Part shown: positions 1 through 6,785 of the stretch, in pieces
Position numbering within the stretch: the stretch's first letter is position 1
Layout of the letters: each line of letters opens with the position of its first letter
NCBI GenBank assembly: GCA_045635825.1
Contig: JAZTWM010000004.1
Location: forward strand, 7,363-71,362
Reading direction: 5' to 3'
DNA length: 64,000 nt
Origin: Candidatus Enterousia sp.
Lineage (GTDB): Bacteria; Pseudomonadota; Alphaproteobacteria; Rs-D84
Notes under the pieces: generated by a model
The model's input: the letters and a program-made list of their open reading frames with translations, nothing else
Databases searched by the model: none
What the model was told of the DNA's origin: nothing
Made by a program: the position numbers and the translations under genes

Positions 1-101
1 CCGTCGCCCAACACACATATCTGCAACATTATCTTAATTTTTCAAATAAGGTAGAGATTAACACCATAGTTAATTGAAGACATCGAAAAAGGTTAAAAAA
101 A

Positions 102-485
102 ATGGCAGTTACAAAAGCTAAGAAAAAAGTTGTTAAGAAAGTATCACATGGCATTGCACATGTTGTTGCGACAAATAACAATACACGTATTACAATTACA
201 GACCAGTCTGGTGCTGTCTTGACATGGGCAACCGCTGGGGCAAATAATTTTAAGGGCGCAAAAAAGTCCACACCATATGCCGCAACAATCGTTGCAGATG
301 CAGTTGGTAAGAAAGTCGCCGAAATGGGTATGAAAACAGTTGATGTTTTAATGCGTGGTATTGGTCAGGGTCGTGAATCTGCTGTACGTGGATTGGCAAA
401 CGCTGGTCTGATTGTGCAGTCCATTACTGATACAACACGTATTCCACACAACGGTTGCCGTCCAAAGAAGGTTCGTCGTGTGTAA
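102..485 (+). CDS. rpsK: 30S ribosomal protein S11
   Basis: 127-aa ORF with S11 hallmarks GIAHV..NNTRITITD, KGAKKSTPYAA and C-terminal TDTTRIPHNGCRPKKVRRV. Confidence 0.97.
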   Translation: MAVTKAKKKVVKKVSHGIAHVVATNNNTRITITDQSGAVLTWATAGANNFKGAKKSTPYAATIVADAVGKKVAEMGMKTVDVLMRGIGQGRESAVRGLANAGLIVQSITDTTRIPHNGCRPKKVRRV

Positions 486-517
486 TAAGATTAAATCAAT
501 TTGATTTATCAATAAAA

Positions 518-549
518 GTCCGCAATCTAGTATGTTTGCGGATTTTTTT
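518..549 (+). terminator. rho-independent terminator directly after rpsK
   Basis: GTCCGCAA-loop-TTGCGGAT hairpin followed by a run of 7 T. Confidence 0.75.
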
Positions 550-632
550 ATGGGTTTATTTTTTAAAAAATACTTGCGGATTAATTTTTTTCGTACTATC
601 TTGACTCTTAATACACAAAAAAGGATTTATAA

Positions 633-1163
633 ATGAAGAAAAACGCATTGCCACAACTGAATGTGGCCAAACAGGAAGATTTGTTAAGTACGCCAATTAA
701 TCAAATGGTGGTATATGATCATTTAACAAAATCTTTAAATAGAACGCATTATGCAGGTCGTGATTTGTATTGGTTTGCAGGTGATGCGATTGCCAACATA
801 GCAAAAAAGCGTATTGATAATGCTTTGTTAGCAGAAGGTAAACAGGTCGTTGCAAGTGCTGTTAAAGGTGTTCCAGAAATGTCTTGGAACGGTGATTTGG
901 AATTGATTCAATATCCTTTGGCTGAAAAGTTTTCACAAAAGATGGCGGGTAATTTAATTGTTTTTAATATCCATACCGGCTTGTATGAAGTTTTGCCAGA
1001 TGGTAATTGGTTGGGTGTTGATCCTGTTGTTAATGGTATTATACCACGTTTGACCAGCATGAATCAGCATTCTGGCATGCATGCATTTTTGGTTGCAATG
1101 GGTCGTAACGATAAGGCACGCGACAAGATTGTTGCAGAGTTTGCAAAGTCACGTCAAAAATAA
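633..1163 (+). CDS. hypothetical protein, cytoplasmic-looking, no recognisable family
   Basis: 176-aa ORF, ATG preceded by AAGGA; no signal peptide or TM segment; no motif I recognise. Confidence 0.55.
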   Translation: MKKNALPQLNVAKQEDLLSTPINQMVVYDHLTKSLNRTHYAGRDLYWFAGDAIANIAKKRIDNALLAEGKQVVASAVKGVPEMSWNGDLELIQYPLAEKFSQKMAGNLIVFNIHTGLYEVLPDGNWLGVDPVVNGIIPRLTSMNQHSGMHAFLVAMGRNDKARDKIVAEFAKSRQK

Positions 1164-1180
1164 TATTTGTGGGACAGTTG

Positions 1181-1597
1181 ATGAAAAATTACTTCAGTAC
1201 TGTTGTAGAGTATGTAAAAAACTTGTTTCCTGGTCGTGCAGCGGTGGTTGTGCCAAGTGATAACCCAAAACTGGATGCAGAGGTTTTGTATTCTTTGGCG
1301 ACGGATTTGTTTTATACGAATACACTTGGTGGGGGACGGGACTGGTACTGTTTCACACGTGTTTGTGATATGCCGATTGCAAAATATATTTTGGCCAGTA
1401 ATGGTATAGATCCGGCAAAGTACGGTCGTCGTTTTTTGTGTAACCCGACCCCTATGTTTCGTGTACGTATGTCCGAGTTGCATAATAATTTGTCGGCACG
1501 TGACTTTGTAGAGCGTGTTATGGATGTGGATGCCGGTAAAATGGATATGGTGCGTGTGAATGCCCGTATTGCAGAGATTAGGCAAAAATTGAAATAA
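1181..1597 (+). CDS. hypothetical protein
   Basis: ORF-track 1169-1597 begins with GTG; first ATG at 1181 (MKNYFSTVVEY...); 18 nt after previous stop, probably co-transcribed; terminator follows. Confidence 0.5.
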   Translation: MKNYFSTVVEYVKNLFPGRAAVVVPSDNPKLDAEVLYSLATDLFYTNTLGGGRDWYCFTRVCDMPIAKYILASNGIDPAKYGRRFLCNPTPMFRVRMSELHNNLSARDFVERVMDVDAGKMDMVRVNARIAEIRQKLK

Positions 1598-1627
1598 AAA
1601 AAATCCCCGTTTTGGGGATTTTTTTTA
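1596..1627. terminator. bidirectional hairpin terminator
   Basis: A-run, ATCCCC-GTTT-GGGGAT, T-run; lies between convergent genes ending at 1597 (+) and 1625 (-). Confidence 0.8.
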
Positions 1628-2482
1628 TCGTTGTCTTTGTAACATTATTACGTGTTCTTCTTTGTTGGTTGTGTCCATATACATTTTGGCCCAATCCCTG
1701 AAGCGTCTGGATAATGTTCGGTATTGTTCAAGGTTTTTGTCCAATGCCAGACCAGGGCCAGTTTGAACCAGTATGAATCCGCCAGGACGTACGTGTTGGC
1801 GTAGGTTTAGCAGTGTTGGTTCGATTTTTTTAGGTGCCCATTCAAAAATATTGGACAGGTTGATTACATCATATTGTTTATCTAGTTTTGTATGAACATT
1901 GATTGCATCTGACCATATGAATGGGAACGGTGTTTGAACCTGTGATTGCAATTGTTCGTATGATGTTGGGGTCAAAGAAGGGTACAGTTCTGTGCCCAAG
2001 CCATTTGAAAATATTTTGTAACCATCCATAGATTGCAGTACGTGGGCGCTGTCTGGGGACAGGTTTGGTAAAACTTTGTCCATGCCTTTGACCTGGGCGT
2101 GGTGTGGTGCACGATGCAGTTCATGCAACATTTTGTTGTATTGTTCATATGGCATTTTGGATTGCAGTGCGGCAACCTTAATATCTGATATCACCTTGGC
2201 AAATGCGCTGATGTCAAATGTATCGATGTTTTTAGCCCCCGCCAGTTTATAATACAGCGCCTGGTCGCCACTGCCAGCGATTGTTAACACATTGTCGTGT
2301 GGTACATTTTGTGTCAGGCCTGTGGTGTATGCCAGTTCTTCATTTGTTGAAACATATGCGGGCATATATTTTAAGTCTGAATCTGGAAACATAAAGTATG
2401 CGGGTACCAATGCACCATATGTATCTGTTGGTTTGCCGTAGTGTATTTTTGCATCTTGTGCGTTAAACTTTGATAAAGCCAT
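1625..2482 (-). CDS. SAM-dependent methyltransferase-fold protein, DUF3419/BtaA-like
   Basis: 285-aa ORF with GGAGGA RBS. VLTIAGSGDQALYYKLAGAKNIDTFDISAFAKVISDIKVAAL resembles the DUF3419 N-terminal SAM-binding region, and DVINLSNIFEW / LRQHVRPGGFILV resemble later methyltransferase motifs. Confidence 0.55.
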   Translation of the reverse strand: MALSKFNAQDAKIHYGKPTDTYGALVPAYFMFPDSDLKYMPAYVSTNEELAYTTGLTQNVPHDNVLTIAGSGDQALYYKLAGAKNIDTFDISAFAKVISDIKVAALQSKMPYEQYNKMLHELHRAPHHAQVKGMDKVLPNLSPDSAHVLQSMDGYKIFSNGLGTELYPSLTPTSYEQLQSQVQTPFPFIWSDAINVHTKLDKQYDVINLSNIFEWAPKKIEPTLLNLRQHVRPGGFILVQTGPGLALDKNLEQYRTLSRRFRDWAKMYMDTTNKEEHVIMLQRQR

Positions 2483-2628
2483 ATTTATCCTCCATTGCTC
2501 CTGTTAATATAGTACAAAAATACAGAATGTCAACAGTGTTGTTGTTTGGGTTTACAGAAAGTCGTGATTTTTTGCTTTTATAAAATTGGAATGTGTGATA
2601 AAATCCAATAAATTGGAAGGGATATTTT

Positions 2629-5589
2629 ATGAGAAAGATTGCAATTTTATCTATGTTGCTGGCTGTTTTTGTGGCGGATTCGCATGCTGCGATACGTCCA
2701 ACAGGTGGGCGTGCATCACGTGGTCCATCGTCTGCTGGTTCAACTGCAACAACATCAACCAAGGCGGTTGGTGCACGTTCTGCACGTACATCGACAACTG
2801 CAAAAAAGCCTGCTGTTGCGGCACGTGCGGCATCTAATTCTAAGACCGCGCCCAAGGCAACAGTTGCGGCACGTGCGGGGGTGACACAAAAGGTTATTGG
2901 TACAGGCACCAAGGTTGCAGCGGCGGCAAAGAATGTTGTGGTCAGTGAAGAATGTCAGGCCAAGTATGATGGATGTATGGATTCTTTTTGTATGCTGGAT
3001 AACGAGACCGGGGGCAGATGCTTATGCAGTGATAAAAATGCAGAGTTAGATGCAATCTTGGCTGAAATTGAAAAGTTAGATCAGCAATCTTATCAAATGG
3101 CGACATTTGGGGTCGAAAAAATTGAAATGGGTGCAGATGCAGATGCCGCGATTGCCAGTGCAAATGCAGCGGCACAATCTGTTATCAAGGAAACGGAATC
3201 AAAAAAAACAGCACGTAAAGCATTGGATTTATCGCTGTGGGATGAACCGGTTGATTTAGATGATACGGATGATGTTTTTGGTGGAATGGCATCATCACCG
3301 GTTGATGGCAAAGAAGGGGATGCGTTGCATCGTGCGGCAGCCCAGTTGTGTGTTGCCCAGATTCCAGAATGTGCGGGTGATTTAGATATGCTGCAGATGA
3401 TGTATGCACAGCGTATCAAGTCTGATTGTACGGCATATGAGAACAGTTTGAAGCAGCAAAAAAAATCCAGTACACAAAAATTGGCGACTGCAGAAAAAGC
3501 ATTAAGAGAGGCGGCGTTAGAGCAACTGCGTACAGCAAACAAATATGATTTAGGCCAATGTACGGTTGAGTTTAAAAAGTGTATGCAGACAACCGGTGGT
3601 TGTGGTGATGATTTTGCACAATGTGCATCGGTTGTTGCGTCTGATAATACGAATTTGAACAAATCTACATCCAGAAAACAGAAAAATTATGCGATCAAGG
3701 GGGCTGTGACCACGATTGAAATCTCTGCATCTACGTATGATGCATTGATGGCTAAAAAGCCCTTGTGTGAATCTGTTACAAAGTCTTGTGTTAATGTCGC
3801 AGGACAGGTGTGGGATACTTTCCTGCGTGAAGTCGCACCGCAAGTTAAAAATGCTGAATTGATTGCAGAAGATAAAGCAAGACAAGACTGTATCGGTAAT
3901 ATCTCTTCCTGTTTCCAAAAGGCCTGTAAGGATACAATGGATCCTAATGACCCAGATGGTTCATATGATATGTGTTTGTCCAGACCAGAAACCATGCTGA
4001 ATCTTTGTAAGATTCCTTTGAATGCATGTGGTATTGATGCTTCTTCTGCAGACAAGGCACAAGATTCTATGATCTGGGACTTCGTGGTCGCTAGACTTGC
4101 TTCTATGAGAGTTGATTCCTGCACAACAGAGGTTAAACAATGTTTGCAAAGCGATGATAGATGTGGTGAAGATTATGCTAATTGTATCGGATTGGATACG
4201 GATACAATAATTCGTATGTGCCCATATGATAAATTGACTGGCTGTCAAAAGGTTTATGGCGAAACTGATATTCGTGGTGATGCGGTTTATGAAGAGTTGG
4301 CCATGATGGTTCAGGGAATTATGCTGAATATTGATAATAACTTTATGGTTCAATGTCAAAATGCAGCGAATGAAGCCATGTTAAAGGTGTGTGGTGATAC
4401 AGAAAACTGTAATGCATTGACCACCGATAGCGGAATTGGTGCACGTGCATTGGATTATAAGATTTGTGAATATTCTGGTTCAGAAGATAGTCTGGATATT
4501 GATTATAACAAGTGTAGAACAGATATTTCACAAGTTTTGGACAGCGAATTGGGGCGTGTTGAAGGTGCAACCAGTGCCGGTTTGGGTGCGGTCACACCAT
4601 TCGCAGGCGTTATAGATGGTGTTATTTATTGGGAATCTGTGGACTTTGATGATGATGGAAAACTGATTTCTGTTGATGAATATTTGGCCAAGTTGGATGA
4701 CGCCAACATTTCTGCCCAGCAAAAAGAAAAAGTAAAATCTGAATTGGCGGTTTTGCAACGTAATATTGATGTTGCAATAAGTGCAATTGAATCTGATCCA
4801 ACGGTTCAATATTGTATGACAGGACGCGAAGTTCAGGGTATGAAAAAAATTGACAAAGACGGCGTTGCTACACGTACGCGTATTGGCGAAAAAAGTGCAG
4901 ATGCGGCACGCTTCCCAGAATTGACCAAGCAAATGCGTATGGTTATTGCGTCCGCGGCATTAAAAAAGGCCAAGGATAACTATTACAAAAAGTATGACGA
5001 GTTAAATGATAAAATGTTGCAGGATTATGCGACCTTGGGCGAGCGAATTTCAAAGATTCAAGGCGAAAATTCATTGGATGTAAAACGTGAATTGGCACGT
5101 AAATCATGTGTTGCATTTGTAGACATGGCATCTTTGCCAAAGTCACCAAATCCACCAAAAAGTGCATTTGGTAAAATTGCGGCCATGGTTGCAATTGTTG
5201 GTGCTGCGGTTGCAATTCCATTTACGCTTGGTACATCAACAGTTGTAATTGGTGCATTGACAGTGACAACTACTACAGGTGTAGGTGCATCCGCTGCAAT
5301 TGGTGCAGGCGCGGCAGTAGTTGCAGGTATTGGTATGTTGGGTAACGCTGGTTCTGGGAAAGCAAATGGCGAAGATAGCAAGGGGGTATTGGATTTGGTT
5401 GGTTCCAAGCAGCTTAATCAATGGAATTACAAGGAAACGATCACCACAACATTTGATTGGGATAAATTGATCTGTAAAAAATGTACACGTACACAAAAAT
5501 GTTCCAAGACCAAGAATCCGTTGTTTGGTAATAAATATTGTAAAACATGGGCGGATGCGGTTGAAACATGTAATGACACCCAGTTCTAA
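2629..5589 (+). CDS. secreted cysteine-rich repeat protein (family member A)
   Basis: 986 aa, RBS GGAAGGGA. Signal peptide MRKIAILSMLLAVFVADSHA, then an S/T/A/R-rich linker and CQAKYDGCMDSFC-x9-CLC. Modules QCTVEFKKCMQTTGGCGDDFAQC and SCTTEVKQCLQSDDRCGEDYANC. Gly/Ala-rich hydrophobic segment at aa 847-910 and tail VETCNDTQF. Collinear paralogue of 24966 and 27187. Confidence 0.85.
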   Translation: MRKIAILSMLLAVFVADSHAAIRPTGGRASRGPSSAGSTATTSTKAVGARSARTSTTAKKPAVAARAASNSKTAPKATVAARAGVTQKVIGTGTKVAAAAKNVVVSEECQAKYDGCMDSFCMLDNETGGRCLCSDKNAELDAILAEIEKLDQQSYQMATFGVEKIEMGADADAAIASANAAAQSVIKETESKKTARKALDLSLWDEPVDLDDTDDVFGGMASSPVDGKEGDALHRAAAQLCVAQIPECAGDLDMLQMMYAQRIKSDCTAYENSLKQQKKSSTQKLATAEKALREAALEQLRTANKYDLGQCTVEFKKCMQTTGGCGDDFAQCASVVASDNTNLNKSTSRKQKNYAIKGAVTTIEISASTYDALMAKKPLCESVTKSCVNVAGQVWDTFLREVAPQVKNAELIAEDKARQDCIGNISSCFQKACKDTMDPNDPDGSYDMCLSRPETMLNLCKIPLNACGIDASSADKAQDSMIWDFVVARLASMRVDSCTTEVKQCLQSDDRCGEDYANCIGLDTDTIIRMCPYDKLTGCQKVYGETDIRGDAVYEELAMMVQGIMLNIDNNFMVQCQNAANEAMLKVCGDTENCNALTTDSGIGARALDYKICEYSGSEDSLDIDYNKCRTDISQVLDSELGRVEGATSAGLGAVTPFAGVIDGVIYWESVDFDDDGKLISVDEYLAKLDDANISAQQKEKVKSELAVLQRNIDVAISAIESDPTVQYCMTGREVQGMKKIDKDGVATRTRIGEKSADAARFPELTKQMRMVIASAALKKAKDNYYKKYDELNDKMLQDYATLGERISKIQGENSLDVKRELARKSCVAFVDMASLPKSPNPPKSAFGKIAAMVAIVGAAVAIPFTLGTSTVVIGALTVTTTTGVGASAAIGAGAAVVAGIGMLGNAGSGKANGEDSKGVLDLVGSKQLNQWNYKETITTTFDWDKLICKKCTRTQKCSKTKNPLFGNKYCKTWADAVETCNDTQF

Positions 5590-5593
5590 TAAA

Positions 5594-5614
5594 ATCCCCC
5601 GGATGGGGGATTTT
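5594..5614. terminator. hairpin terminator between convergent genes
   Basis: TCCCCC-GGAT-GGGGGA followed by TTTT, preceded by AAAA. Confidence 0.7.
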
Positions 5615-6653
5615 AAATTTCCGTTATGTCTGTTATGACGGTTATGCCGGCGGATTGCCATTCTGTGATATAGTTGTCCAGATCCAGAATATTTGTCGCC
5701 CCCAGATAAATTACGGGGTGTAATTCGTGGTCGTTGGCATATTGTGTGACCTGGGCGATTGGGGATGGGCGAACCTTGCCTGATGCAAACCAGTTTTCTG
5801 TGTCAATAACCCAAAAGTCGGGGTCTGTATGGCATGCGATTGCATGGGTGTCTGTTACGATTAAGTCATTGATAATTTGGTATGGACGGTTGTTGCTTTC
5901 CAGATGCTCAACCAGTTTTGTTAGGTCTGTTGCGTAATCGGTGTTTGGTGTGTTGTTTGGGGCCTCTGTTTCTGTTTCTGTTTCTGTTTCTGTTTCTGTT
6001 GGGGCGTCAAAATCTATGGTTGAAAATGTTGGCATTTCTGTAAATACTGGTGTGTTGTCCATTTCAACAGGTATGTCAAAATCGGTTGGTAATGGGAATG
6101 TGTCGCCAGACATGTCTGTTATGTCGGATGTATTTTGTGGTGCTGTATTGATGTCGGGTGTTTGTTTGATATCAATACTGTTGAAAATAGAAGTTTGTGA
6201 TTGGCCCATGTGGTGGTGGGCGCGTCTGTATGCGGGACGTAATTCCGCAGGAATATCAGGTGATAAATCAACCTTGATGGTTTCTTCGTCTGGACCCAAA
6301 GATGGCGTGTCGCCACTTGATTCTGGTGTGGTGTCATCTGTTGCTTTTTTTGTTGGGCGTAAAAACTTTGGTAATGGGATTTTGGGCAGTGGTACCGTTA
6401 TCAATGGTTTTTTTGTGCGGATGATTAATGTTGTGCTGGCCATGTACAGGGGCAGGGCGGCCAAAATTAATAGGCCAAATACGTGCCCTGCAAATCCATG
6501 CAGGCGTGCGTGCATCAGACGGTGCCACATGTGTCCATCAAACATATTAAAATTAAACAAGAAATACAAAATTGCCCACATGACGATGATATAGCCAATC
6601 GTCCACTGTATGGCGTGTTTGTGGTTCTTGAAGATGTCTGTTATCTTTTTCAT
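5613..6653 (-). CDS. membrane protein with acidic low-complexity linker and (TE)6 repeat
   Basis: 346 aa; two N-terminal hydrophobic segments (WTIGYIIVMWAILYFLF, VFGLLILAALPLYMASTTLII); P/D/T-rich linker including TETETETETETE; globular C-terminal approx. 110 aa of unknown family. Confidence 0.7.
   Translation of the reverse strand: MKKITDIFKNHKHAIQWTIGYIIVMWAILYFLFNFNMFDGHMWHRLMHARLHGFAGHVFGLLILAALPLYMASTTLIIRTKKPLITVPLPKIPLPKFLRPTKKATDDTTPESSGDTPSLGPDEETIKVDLSPDIPAELRPAYRRAHHHMGQSQTSIFNSIDIKQTPDINTAPQNTSDITDMSGDTFPLPTDFDIPVEMDNTPVFTEMPTFSTIDFDAPTETETETETETEAPNNTPNTDYATDLTKLVEHLESNNRPYQIINDLIVTDTHAIACHTDPDFWVIDTENWFASGKVRPSPIAQVTQYANDHELHPVIYLGATNILDLDNYITEWQSAGITVITDITEI
5965..6000. repeat. 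(TCTGTT)6 hexanucleotide microsatellite
   Basis: Six perfect tandem TCTGTT units read on + strand; encode (TE)6 in the minus-strand gene 5613-6653. Confidence 0.95.
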
Positions 6654-6661
6654 TTTGATAT

Positions 6662-6689
6662 ATTATAGACAATGTATATAATTTGTCAA
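6662..6689 (-). promoter_or_regulatory. near-consensus sigma70-type promoter, TTGACA-N16-TATAAT
   Basis: Read on minus strand; the -10 hexamer ends 8 nt before the ATG at 6653, and no Shine-Dalgarno sequence is present, suggesting a leaderless or near-leaderless mRNA. Confidence 0.6.
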
Positions 6690-6785
6690 TATTAAAAATA
6701 AAGCGGAAAATATATAAAAAGTGCTTTTTTTATAACTGTTTTTATGTCATAATAATAGGGATAATATTGAAAGGGGGGTATTTTA

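Noticed and set aside
1-101. Possible 3' end of rpsM upstream of rpsK
   Set aside because: None of the three plus-strand frames ends in an S13-like basic C-terminus, so I could not support a partial rpsM call.
3093-3662. 189-aa minus-strand ORF, plus several other antisense ORFs inside 2629-5589, 6786-8879, 21848-24469, 24966-29682 and 36283-40125
   Set aside because: All lie inside long, internally consistent sense ORFs with paralogue support. They are typical antisense shadows in genes of biased composition.
5941-6594. 217-aa plus-strand ORF containing (SV)n
   Set aside because: It is antisense to the 5613-6653 membrane-protein gene. Its SVSVSV run is just the hexanucleotide repeat read in another frame, and it has no RBS.
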